From assembly GCA_973895155.1 (NCBI GenBank), contig OZ316896.1:12690549-12754548 (forward strand): DNA of 64,000 nucleotides, given 5' to 3'. The position numbers were made by a program, and so were the translations under genes. This document shows, one piece after another, positions 12,193-24,200 of this stretch; the first letter of the stretch is position 1; each line of letters opens with the position of its first letter. Below the pieces are notes generated by a model. The model ran no database searches. It had not been told where the DNA came from and saw only the letters and a program-made list of their open reading frames with translations. Source of the stretch: Marsupella aquatica (lineage: Eukaryota > Plantae > Marchantiophyta).

Positions 12193-15094
12193 TGTTAGAT
12201 ATTACTCTAGTCTTGTGACTCTTATGCTAACCACAGTTAGGCTAACTCGGGTTAGGACCTAGCTAAGGTTAGCGGTAGTGCTGTTGTGCATATAGCCAGG
12301 GCTGATGCCAGACCCTGGTGGAACTTAGGCTCATTGTTACGGAGCTAGTTGAGAGATAGGGAGAGCTTGTGCTGCGGATGCTTGGTATGGCCGATCGGCC
12401 TAGAGTGCAGTAAAGCTCTTGTGTGTTCCCGTGGACGTAGTCTCATGTGGAGGTGAACCACGTATCTCTCTGTGTCAACTATTGTGTGTTGGATGGTTCA
12501 TGGGCTTGCCGTTGCAAATGTCGTCTATGCTCAACAAGTGGTATCAGAGCATGCCTGGGAGGTGACGAGGTTTTTTTATGACAGGTTTTTCCAGCGTTCA
12601 TTGTCGATGGTACATTCAGAGTTTCATCGCATGAAACTCGATTGTGTGTGGCTGAGCGGATAGGTTAGTGAGAGGGCATTCTAACGGTGGATAGAGCTTG
12701 CTGATTGGTATCCGTGGTGCGGAGGAATTGAAGTTTGCGTCGTTCAGGGTTTATTCGTGTTCGACGGTATTTCGGGGGAGAAACCAGAGATCGTTTCTTC
12801 AACGGTGTGAGTTGTGCGGTGTGCGGGGCGTCGCATGTGATAGTTCAAGTTGAAGGTTGGAGCGTGCTGGTCGTTTTGGTATCTAGTTTGCTGACGTTTG
12901 CGGAACGAGTGCGTCGTGACGAGTGAAGGAGGCGTTCTGGTTTTTTGACAAGCTATGGTGCTTGTTTTTCCCTGAACCGGATTACTCGTTGTGACGCTTG
13001 ACTCGGAGGAAGAAACGCAAAGTGTTGAGGCTCAACGGAGAGATCATGGCGAGACGGTCATTTTAAGTCCGGGATTGGCACTTGACGCGGAGTGAAGGCG
13101 ACGCAACAGAAGTTCTTTATCTAGTGGAGCTTCAGACGTGCCGGTGCAATTCGGAAACATTTTCATGTCGGTAGTCATCACTTTTCTCATTGGAAACCAA
13201 AGTGGAGGCGGCTGAGGTTTGTAACATGGCCTTTATGTCATTTTGGGCACATTTTTAAGGTTAGTGTGTCATTTTGGGCACATTTTTAAGTGTAGTCTGT
13301 GATGAAGCCAATGTAACCTTATCTCATGAGGAGACGGCCCGGCTGTGGCACTTCCGTTTGAGCCACATGAGTGAAAAAGGTTTGGTTATTCTTCAGAAGA
13401 AAGGATTACTTTCTAATTTGCAATCTTGTAAGTTGGAATTTTGTGAGCACTCTGTGCTAGGGAAGCAGCACAGGAAACCCTTCGGAGTTGGAACTCACAC
13501 CAGCAAGGAGGTACTTGAGTATGTACATAGTGATGTGTGGGGTCCAGCCCCTACTCCCTCACATTCTGGACGGTTATACTATGTCACGTTCATAGACGAT
13601 TACTCAAGGTATGTGTGGATATACTTTCTACACAATAAGTCTGATGTTTTTGCCACTTTTAAGGAGTGGAAAGCCCAAGTTGAAAATCAGACTGGTAATA
13701 AGGTGAGATATCTTCGATCGGATAACGGCGGTGAATACAGTTCCGGTGAATTTGGAACGTATTGTAAGGAGCAAGGGATTACTCGTCATCTCACAACAAG
13801 TTATACTCCTTAGCAGAATGGTGTTTCTGAGAGACTCAACCGAACACTGTTGGACCGCTCGAGGAGTATGTTGAGTCAATCATGCTTACCACATGAGTTT
13901 TGGGCTGAAGCTGTCAACACTGCAGCTTATTTGGTAATTTTTTCTCCATCCAGTTCTATTGGATTCAAGACGTCATTTGAAATGAGGTACGGGCGTCCAG
14001 CAGATTACTCACATCTGAGGATTTTTGGATGTGATGCTTATGTGCTTACACCTTCCCAGCTTTGATCCAAGTTGGAGTCCAAGTCGAAGAAGTGCATTTT
14101 CCTTGGTTATCAGAAAGGTGTGAAGGGTTATAGGTTATGGGATCCAGTAACCTGTAAGCTAATTGTCAGTAGAGATGTATCCTTTAATGAATCCAGATCA
14201 TCAAAGGAGGGGGAGAGTTCTCAGGACTCCCATACTGACAAGGGGAAATCTCCCATCCCGGACCGGGTTGAGGGGGAGATTAGTCATGATGCAGTTCATG
14301 ACAGGAGAGATGGAGAAGCTCCGAGCTTGGAGCTGGTTCCTATGATGGAACAAGAGGAGCAAATTGTTGTTGGGGTACCTCAAATTTAACCAGCAGCAGC
14401 AACAGATCAGCCTGAGTCATCTACTAGAAGAACTTCCAGTCGTTCTACTAGAGCTCCTACCAGGTATGGTCAATGGGCAGACTCATCTAAGCTAGATGAT
14501 TTTGACATTGCACCTGATGAAGATGATATGGCTTTGATCTTGGAAGAAGGAGAGTCTTCTTCGTATAGTGAGGCTTGTGCTTCAAAGCAGAAGCATGAGT
14601 GGAATGCAGCAATGCAGAGGGAGTTGCAATCTTTGAGTGACAGCAAGACATGGGAGCTGGTGGAGCTTCCAAGAGGTCAACAAGTGGTGGACAGCAAGTG
14701 GATTTACAAGTTGAAGGACAGTCCTTCAGAGGGTGGAGATAAGATCTACAAGGCAAAGTTTGTTGCCAAGGGGTTCACTCAGGAGAAAGGAGTGGATTAC
14801 AATGAGGTCTTTTCACCGGTGACTAAGTATTCCACAATTCAGATCTTGTGTCAGCTTGTTGTGTTTTTTAATCTGGTGATGGATCAGATGGATGTTGTTA
14901 CTGCTTTTCTCTATGGCAACTTGGAAGAGATGATCTTCATGAGACAGCCACTAGGCTTTATGAAGAAGGGCCAAGAGAACTTAGTTTGCAGATTGCTCAA
15001 ATCCTTGTATGGATTGAAGCAGTCTCCCAGACAGTGGAACAAGCGATTTGATGGTTCATGGGCTTGCCGTTGCGAATGTCGTCTATGCTCAACA
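12193..15094 (+). mobile_element. Nested, internally deleted Ty1/copia (Tnt1-like) retrotransposon
   Basis: 5' LTR at 12193-12536 and tRNA-iMet PBS tggtatcagagc at 12539-12550, followed by an integrase and partial RT. Only the last 45 bp of the 3' LTR remain (15050-15094). TSD CACTT at 12188-12192 and 15095-15099. Confidence 0.95.
13291..15052 (+). pseudogene. Copia pol pseudogene: GAG-pre-integrase, integrase (rve) and N-terminal reverse transcriptase (RVT_2)
   Basis: Motifs [62 protein letters not shown] and [11 protein letters not shown] in one frame. Broken by three stops (13811, 14063, 14387) and truncated before the YVDD motif. Confidence 0.95.
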
Positions 15095-15249
15095 CACTTA
15101 TCCAAAGACAAGACTTATCAGTGCAAAATCTTCATTTTTGAAAAACTATCCATATATGCACATATTAACAAAGAAAATATTGTTGACAACGGATGTTTTG
15201 CACTTATGGATAAACACATGAAATGGAAAATGATAAGTGCACATTGCAA

Positions 15250-15640
15250 ATTTACACAGCAATTTACACAGTTTACACATGTAAACACATCAACTGGTTT
15301 AGGGAAATTACATGTCACTTGTTGAATTTCAATCACAAAATGGTTTTAACACCATTTTACACCCCTAGTTTACACCTAATGATACCATCCTAGATTATAC
15401 CCCATGACACCAGTTTACACTGGTGTATGTCTTACCATTGTATAATCCCATGCTTTACATTGGGTTTATACTTGTTTACACTGGTTACACCAGATTACAC
15501 TTGCTTATAGCATTTATACTGGTTTACACCAATTTACACCATCAGGGGGAGTAAACTTTGGTCCATACACTTTTTGTATGTAAATTGACCATTTACAACT
15601 TTTACACCAATTGGCATGGGTTTACACCCATTTACACCCT
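15250..15640. repeat. Low-complexity array of tttacac-like motifs inside the outer LTR element
   Basis: Many imperfect copies of (g/t)tttacac(c/a). Confidence 0.7.
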
Positions 15641-17227
15641 ACATTAGGGCAATATCTTACTTAAGGGCCTTATCCTCATGGTCTTTACACCATAAACAAC
15701 TCCAACGAGAGCTTTATAGCCATTGTTCGGTGGGATGATAGTTTTTAAGTATGGAACTAATACCATACCTTTAATCATGCTCTATGACCTAGTTTTTGAG
15801 GTATTTTGGTAAGGTATAGATTTTCTGAGATCTAGTAATCGATGGCAGATATGTTTCTCACGAAAGATCCAGAATAATCTAAGGTACAATACTTCAGGTT
15901 AGTTCCATGACCTTAGTTTCTGGCCATATCCAAAAGCGAATAATCAATAACCCTTTAGGGGTTTAACTGCAAATATTTAGAAACCCGAAGTAAATTCAAA
16001 TAAGAATGAGTAATGAGGGGTTAATATGGGCAAACCCCATAACTTTGTCCGGTCCAACTTAATTCTAGCTTTCAACTATAATATATGCATAAAATGCATA
16101 TTTAGGGGGAGAAAGTTTATTTTCTCAAACCCCAATCACACTTGATTTACCCACTACGAGTACATTTTGGTACTTGGTCATTAAGTGGGATCTTTTGACT
16201 ATCACTAGCTCTAAACTATTTTTATGCGGAGTTGTTTGATGTTTATGAATATCACTTTACCTCCGCAAGATAGCGAATCATTTTGAGCTAGCATTTCTCT
16301 GTGCTATGACACACATGGACGTTCGACTGAATGTTTGGATTCCACAGGGTTATTTGTGAAGTTATATTGACTTGACACTTTTTGTCAAAATATGAGAACT
16401 GCAGACGTGCAGGGCAGACGTGCCATATTATACACACACCCGCTGGTGTTGTGAATGCACACCCTTTGGTGCTGCAGATTATTTTTCACATAAAAACTAT
16501 TTGATACTACATGTTTTTGAAATCTAAGATTGAGAGATTTCTTTGTGTGTCGACTACACACGCTTGCGAATTGTGCATTTTGCACAAGAACCCTCTATTT
16601 AAGAATCTAATTAGGAGTCCTTGAACTCTAAGGGAGAGTTTCGATATTTGAGTTTTATGAGAATAATATATTCCTCGAAACCTTGTTTTGAAGGGGAGAT
16701 CATATTTTTTGGACTTTTTACATCCCATGCTTTACGCACTCAGTTGCACGAGATGACATTATTTATTATTATACTTTACACTTTGCGCAGATGAGCCACG
16801 GACAAGTGATTTTATGATAATAACTTAATTACTAACCATTTTTTCATATATGTTTTAATTTGTATTCGATGCGAGGATGTATGTGCGGATGTATGCACGA
16901 TGGTGAGCGATTTGGAGACATGTCGCGTTGTTGTTGAGTCGTTGAGCATACGACATCTTGTTCATTTTGACGGAGTGGAGTTGTTGCTGTTAACTCCACA
17001 TACCACCGGATTCACTTGAGGACCGACAGGGCTGTACTCTTTTTCCTTTAGAGCCGAGATTTTATTTTTTTCTCTGTTACCCTGATAGAGTTTTTTAGAG
17101 CTGTTAAAGGTTTTAACGAGGCAGTACCTTCCTCATTTGTACTCAAATCATGCCATGTTTATAAGCATGATAATCTAGTTAGAAGACTTTTTGTCTACAT
17201 AGTTATCACTATATAGCCAAGGGGGAG

Positions 17228-17369
17228 TGTTATACCCTAACTAGATTCCATGGTTACCTTAACCATAGTTACCGTATAAGATAACTCGGACGGAGACTAT
17301 ATAAAGAGATGCACCCATTCATTCTATAGAGAGGAATCTCATTATCATTTCCCGCATCATTCCTCAACA
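17228..17369 (+). repeat. 3' LTR of the outer element
   Basis: Preceded by the PPT and followed by TSD AAAAT. Confidence 0.95.
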
Positions 17370-17394
17370 AAAATTGAATACTATGCTAGATACA

Positions 17395-17890
17395 TCCCAT
17401 AAGCTTCCTGCCAACGAGGCTTTTGCCCTGCTCCCTCCATCCCATAACTGGCCAACCTCCAGCCAATAGCCATCTACACTCCAGCCCATAGCCCTTCAGG
17501 TCCCTTGTGCCCTCCACCCCGTTGGTTGCCATACTCAGAGGCCTCCCAAAAGTAATGCTTTCAAACAAAGAGGACCCACCCGCCAAAACAATAAGGGTTT
17601 TGATTGTTTATTTGCATTACACAAAGTTGACTTTTGTGCTAGCTTCCATCCCATATCCCTCTTTCCAGCAGGGCAGTACCTCTTGGGCATCCTTCCCATA
17701 TCCCACTGTCTCCAGCCCAGAGCTCTCTGGCCTCCATCCCATAGCCCTCCGGTCACAAGCCCATCGTTCTTGGGTCTCCATGCGATTGCCCCCAGTCCCA
17801 AACCTCAAGTCCAAAGCGCTCTGGCCTCCAATCCATAGCGGTCCACCCTCCACCCCATAGCCTTCCGCCCTCCAACCCACCTCCCTAGTC
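17395..17890. repeat. Degenerate C-rich short-motif repeat
   Basis: Recurrent cccatagccctcc and tggcctcca motifs. Confidence 0.55.
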
Positions 17891-18961
17891 TGATAATTCA
17901 TGTATATTCAAGAGTACACAAGTTTTGTGGACTATCACACATATTTGCTCTTTGTGCAAATGAATACTATTTCATAAACGATGCAGAGAACACACCCTAA
18001 ACACTTTACCCATTATCATGCACTGATTTGTTTTTTGGGTTTTTTCACCTCCAAGCTCTAAATACATGAAAATTGCAAAACCTTGACTTTAGTTAAACTA
18101 TTGCGGTGAGTCTCATTAATAAGCTTGTTCTATTGACCTATCCTTTAGATGTTGTTTGGTGGAATAAGTTGATCCCATCACTCTGTGGAGCATGCTACTG
18201 GTATCCAATGGAACGTTGGCTGAAGGGAGAGAAATTTCTGACTGTGTCACATAGTGATCTGAGACATGCTTTGGCATTTGGTTAGAGTTGGTGAGGCTGC
18301 TTGGTTTACCAGTGGTAACTGAGCTTTTCTGCTTTGTTTCTCTTTGTGGCCTTTCTGGGTCGTATTTTCTCTTACATGCCTCTTCTAACCTGCTACTCGT
18401 TCACCCAAAAAATTGACAGAATACCATGCAGAAAGGTGATCCTTTGCATTTGTTGCATGGAGTCGCGAAACACTAGGGTATCTTTACCTTTTGTGTGTGA
18501 TGGGCTCAATAAAGTAAATGGTGGGCACAATATTGAATGATGGGACGCAACAGACATCAATAAATGAGTTCCCCCATGCTTGCCTGTCTAGAATGCGTCC
18601 AGAATGCTAATAATCTACTGTAGAGTTTCTGAAACCATGTCCTTTGTGCTACCTTGTCTTACCTTATTAGTACGATGAAATGTACAATACTACCGGTATG
18701 TTTCATACTGGTTTTCCTGGTATTTCAGATGAGAAGTATCGTAATTAATACGGTACAACACAGAGGGTACAATACAGCAACGTGAGGTACTGTATTACTG
18801 TCCTGAATCTTTGGATGAGCAATAATTGGCAAATCCCAACGAGAAGAAATGAATGTCACGAGTTTGTGTGAGTGTTTGTCTTTTGGGGATTGAGAGAGGG
18901 GCCGTCACTGAGTCAGGTGAAAGACGAATGTTCCGCCTGTCCGCCATTCAATAGAAGCAGC

Positions 18962-19126
18962 ATTTTCTGTTAATGACGACAATATGCACTTTGTGAAGAC
19001 GATAAGCTTCCCAGTCATCATCATTCCCTAGGAACAAATAACGAGGAATAGGTTCCGATTCCCGGTTTTCTGTTCATGACGACAATACGCACTGCGCAAA
19101 CGATAAGCTCCCATTCATCATCATTC
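18962..19126. repeat. ~65-bp direct repeat, 2 copies
   Basis: ttttctgtt.atgacgacaata.gcact...acgataagct.ccc..tcatcatcattc at about 18962 and 19066. Confidence 0.8.
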
Positions 19127-21762
19127 TCAACAAGGAGAAAAGGAGAAATTTGTGGAGGCTATTTGCTTGGAGGTTCCAATTATCCGTAAAGGTGCTCACT
19201 GCTACTGGGGCCTCTCAACTCTGGAGTTTTTGCTCTTGTCATGGCCACACAAATTTTCCTGGAAGTAAAGTGGCGGACTTGCAAAAGCTTGTCATACAAC
19301 TTGTGACCAATGTCCATAACTCACACTTTCGGGCTGCAAATCTTCCTGTGACACCCTACTGCTGTAGTATTTATTTTCTTCTGATTAGATTCCTTATTAC
19401 TCTTTTGCTAATGCACCCAGAAATTTGACTCTAATGACAAAATTTGAGATCCCTGAGAGTAGAGACTGTTGGATAGAGAATAGATTTAGAGTATGTCTAA
19501 TTTTAGTTGTGTAAGCAGTGTAAACTCAGTGTATTTCATGATTTGCTTTGGACTTGGAGAAAATAACTTGTTTCTTGGATGAAAGTAGGATGAACCCCAC
19601 AACATTAGAGGCCTCAAAGTGTGATGTTTACAATATTTGAAGATTCTATTTGAGCCGAATGTTTAAACATGGTCCATCCAAGTGCTTTGTCAAAATTTGT
19701 GATCTATCTGAGCTTATTTTCCATAGGGAAAAAGAGATGACCCAAAACTAAATGAAATAAACTTTCACTCTAAAAATTGGGAGGTATGGGTCGTCATATA
19801 GTAGGCCCTCCTTATATACTTAAGGGCTACTGGTGTTGCTATTTTCGATAATTTGTGAGCCTTACATGGTCAACTTTCCTGTACAGGGAGATCATTTATG
19901 ATATGCAAAATATACCCGTAAAAAGGTTTCTTAGCTTCAAGTTAAGATCAAGTTCATCAATCAAACACAGATTCGCAGAGGGAGAGAGTCCAACTTCCCT
20001 GGCAAGTCCTTATAAACCGATGCTTCCACTGCTCTGTATACTGGTGAGTGCGACTGCATGTAAACTCCTATGAAAAAAGGGGAATTTTTCAATGACCAAT
20101 AATTGAAACTATGCATGTGTCAGCCGCCAAAACACCAAAAGATGGGAGACACAACCCTCGACCTCAACGGAAGGTTTTATGGACCATTCTACACCTCTAG
20201 GCATTTGGCTAAGATTCTGGTAGTTGCTACTAGCTAAAAGAATGCTACTTGCTAAAAGATTGCACCTCGACCTTCGGTCCTCTGGGGTGGTGCCTTTTTT
20301 TAGGCTCCCCATTTCTTTTGTATGCTGGCTACTTGAATGAATTTCATTTGGTTTTTTGGAGACAAAAGAATGCCACTTGGCAAAAGTTATGACCTCGTCT
20401 TGTCAATGTGTAACGTGTTCTGGAGACGAGACATTTCTCTGTACTCGGCCGTTTTTTTTGGGGGTCAATGTTGAGTGATTGCGTTCTTTCTAGCCTTGAA
20501 AATTACATACATTAGAGACAAATCTGCGTGTCTTATCGTGAGATGAACTGATGAATCTTGAAGCTTTACTGAGGACCACATCTGCCAGAGAAACGATGAA
20601 GATCCTTGTCAGGGCTTCGAGAACTAAATAAGTCCCTAAAGAAACGTCATGACTTCGTGGGAGCAGTGCACGTACACACGTCATGCTTCCAGCTGTACAT
20701 TCTTAATATTTTTCCAGAACTTAATACCTGGAGCATTTTAGGAATTTAGGTTCTAGGACTCCTCTGAAAAGTAGGAGAACTGCAGTCCTAGCAGTATGTG
20801 TCAAGAGTGGAAATTCCACAATCCGATCAAAAACTAAACATGGAAAGTCAGCTGATGGGTCTCCGATACTGGTTACCACGGACGTCCATTATTGTCTGCT
20901 TAGCGAGGGAGGCTTCGTTTCAACTTGGCCATACTAGAGAGTAAAACATCATCAATAAGGAGTTGAGTTACGTGGACCGAAAGTATATTCACATCACGAG
21001 CATACGGCGATGGGAGCTTATCGAGAAAGACTTTATTGGGAATGCAAAGTGAACCTACGAAGATTGAAAAGCAGGCAGATTGTTATCGTCACCGAGAGAT
21101 TTTTCAGGGAAAAACAGATCTACAAGATTCTGCTGCCGTATCTACTTCCCTTTGCTTGAAGAGAGAGAAAGCAGCAATTGTGAAGCTGAAGGCTTAGTAC
21201 ACAATCGGCACCTAACGAAGACTCTCGAACGATAGTATACCTTGATTCAGATTGTAACACATTTGCATTCCACGCTCGTTTGCCGTGATGTAGCAAGCCA
21301 CCGAGGACATTCACTTCAGATAGTGGAGATACAATTATCCGACCGAAAGCCAGGACTTATTGCAAACCTGTCAATCCCGACATTGATGAGTGCTGTGAGT
21401 ACTGTAGTAGGGCCAGGGCAAGGAAGGGCGGCACTCGTCAGGCTTGGAGCTAAACCGTGAGCAAAGGTGGACTGTGGTCCTGCAATATGATTCTCTCGTT
21501 GTGTTCCTGTACCCCGTGTGTCGCCATCGCCACCTCAACCCGACACAGTCCGGAGACCATGGCTCAGTCGGAGGGCTTGAGTCCTCGCCGTTGTTCGGGG
21601 TCCAAAATTTATTTTTCGATTTTTACTGAGCTGCCTTCCGGATACTGGGAACTGACTCGAGTAGGAGAATGTACAGTAGTCTATGGTGTACAACTGTACA
21701 TATCACTGTGTAGTAGTGATATAGGGACTCGAACCAGTTCTTTGCAAGCCCCGTGCCGTAAT

Positions 21763-22179
21763 AGCATTCCCACTGGTCAATGTATTCAAAACTGTGTGAG
21801 GAGCTATTTGAATGGTGGACCAGCTCGTGGATAGTGGGTTGCACCTAGTTAGCATACCCCATTTGATAGGCAATGTACAATGCAATGGTCCTCTGCCATT
21901 TGATGGATGCCATCATTTTTTATGTGTCTTGCAACGGGTTGATCTATGCTGTCCATCTTTGCAACAGGTTGATCTGTGCTGTCCAACAGATCTGGGCAAC
22001 CTTCTTGCGTGCGCTCCAAGCCACCAGTTCTGGCATCCATGAGACAATCTATGGTGGACCAGGTATTAATTTTGTAGAGTTTCATGGGTATTGAAAAACT
22101 GGTTTCTGGTCAGGCAAAACTCATCCCCATAAGGCATAAGCAAGTGTGAATCCCATAAGTCATAACCAGTGGGAATGCT
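21763..22179. mobile_element. Candidate MITE
   Basis: 15-bp inverted repeat agcattcccactggt (21763-21777) / accagtgggaatgct (22165-22179) around about 390 bp of non-coding DNA with an internal 30-bp tandem duplication. True termini and TSD not resolved. Confidence 0.5.
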
Positions 22180-23244
22180 GCTTCTACTACTGGACTACTG
22201 TATTTCAGGAAATAACTCAATCACTAAGAAAATCATTCTCCTGTTTTCAGTTCTTAAATTAAAGATAATCTATACATTGCAAAATTAGTGTTTTATTTTT
22301 AAAAACAAATTTACTTTGAAAGGTCAATGTTTACACTGGGATGCTTAGAATATTACTAATTTTTTTATTACTGGGAGTTTAGGGCCCAAAAGTTTCATAA
22401 TTATTTATTTAAAGCAGGAAGAGACATGGCACTATGCTACTAAGTACTTCTTGTTGTACAGACTGGAGTGGTTCGATGCTGCCTGCACTGGCAGTCAGCC
22501 CATTCAGCCCTGCCTGGCCAAAAGCTGCGCCAGTAACCTGTCAATCGACGGGTTGAACCTGACTCTAGAATACGTGGTCAAACTACCATAACTACCCCCC
22601 TTAAGTTAATATCTAGAAATGAAAAAATAAATCGTGTGTATTTATACGGACTAACCCAAAAAGGTAGTAGATCAACTACGATATTTACGTGCATTTCTCC
22701 AGTTCATAAAGGGCTGTACAAACCTTTAAAGTATGAGGGCTTTAGGTTGTGGGGACCAGAAAGCAGGTTCAACATGATATTACAACTACATTGAGATACA
22801 AATCCCCAAATCCTTGTGACTGAGAGGGAAAGGCATTGAGGATGGAGGTTGGGCTTTGGGTGGAGGTTTTTTGGGACCCTAGTTCCTTTCTCTCAAGTTC
22901 TGCACTTCTGTAAATATGCACATAGCCTAAAGTGCATAAACTTAACTCCCTGCACTTATTGGGTGTGCATACCATGAATAAGTGGGATGCACACACTTAC
23001 CACTTATTCATACCTGCAGGCTCGGGGAGTCTTCTCGGAGGGTACTTTAACAAAGCAGGGAAAGTTGTTTTGGCAACCATGATAATCAGCAAAACTGGTG
23101 GTTGGGATAGTTTTTGTTTCAGTGGCAGCCCCCACACATGCAAATTTGATTATTGAGGTATTCTAGGCTGGGGCTGATAGCTTGCGTTGGGAAAGATGCT
23201 TCAAGTCATCCAATCCAGAAAAAGAAAAAACAGGTATGAGCGGA

Positions 23245-24200
23245 GAGGGAGGCTGTCATTGTAGAGGAATTTCTGCGTCTTTTATTGTTAGGTACAGGTC
23301 TTAGTAGGCACGGACTGGTACACTGGTGCGGATGTTGCGGATGTTCTGAGTCCATCCACAAAAGATATAAGCAGGTACAGGTACAAGTCTCGATGGAGGC
23401 TGTCATGGGAGGGGAGTGAATCTTTTTGTTTTTGGTACGGGCCTTGGGAGGCATGGACTGGCTGATAGGAGCACTAGTGTAGCTGCTGCAGATGCTATAA
23501 GTCCATCCAATCCAGTAAAAATATACCAGGCCCGTGACCAAGACTATTTGATTACAATAGACTCAAGTAGTATCTGAAGTTCCTGTGGCTTTGACAATAT
23601 GTTTTGGTCCCTATCACAAAACTGAACTGAAGTTCAGTCAAATCAGGTACAAGTACACGAGTCTAGAGGGAGGCGGTCACAGGGGAGGAGTTGGTCTGAT
23701 CTCATTAGGTACATGGAGGCATGGACGCTGTCCCAGGACCTTGCCCCACACTTTTTTGGCTAGATACAGCCTGGGAGGTCCTGTCCTAGCCTAGGAACTG
23801 TAGGGACGGCAGTGCAGTGAGGGGTGGGTGGAGAGGCTCCTTGAGAGGAGAGAGAGAAATAAGAGTCAGCACAGTAAGACAGTCAAAAAGGGAGTAATCT
23901 TTTTTGTGGGTGGCAGCCGCCCACAAATGAAACCTGATTGACCTGTATACTGAGGGATGTTCTGGACTGTGGCTCATAGTTCATGCAGCATTGGTGCCAT
24001 CCAATCGAGGACCGTAGTGGGAGTCTGTCATGGTTCCTTCGTCTTTTATTGTTAGGTACACGCCTAGGAAGTTGGTGTGTTCTCGTTAGGTACAGGCCTC
24101 AGGAGGCAAGGACCCCGTCCCCGCACGGGACCTTACCCGACACTTTTCTCGGTAGGTACAGGCCCCGGAGGTCTTGTCCCTTGCATGGCCTCTAGGGACA
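23245..24200. repeat. Degenerate local repeats upstream of the TRM gene
   Basis: cgtcttttattgttaggtac at about 23276 and 24040. gacctt.ccc.acactttt...tag.tacag.c..ggaggtc.tgtcc at about 23737 and 24130. Confidence 0.6.

Larger units (their letters stand above)
10912..17369 (+). mobile_element. Non-autonomous LTR retrotransposon with 142-bp LTRs (copia-type termini), interrupted by a nested copia
   Basis: LTRs at 10912-11053 and 17228-17369 (TG...CA, 4 transitions in 142 bp). TSD AAAAT at 10907-10911 and 17370-17374. PBS at 11054 and PPT aagggggag at 17219-17227. No recognisable gag-pol ORF in its own internal sequence. Confidence 0.93.

Noticed and set aside
14528-15325. 265-aa ORF as a novel RT fusion protein
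   Set aside because: Chimeric read-through from truncated RT across the deletion junction into the LTR remnant, the TSD and the host-element repeat.
15850-16640. Possible eroded RT/RNaseH remnant of the outer LTR element
   Set aside because: Only a vague resemblance by eye; no motif can be translated in frame.
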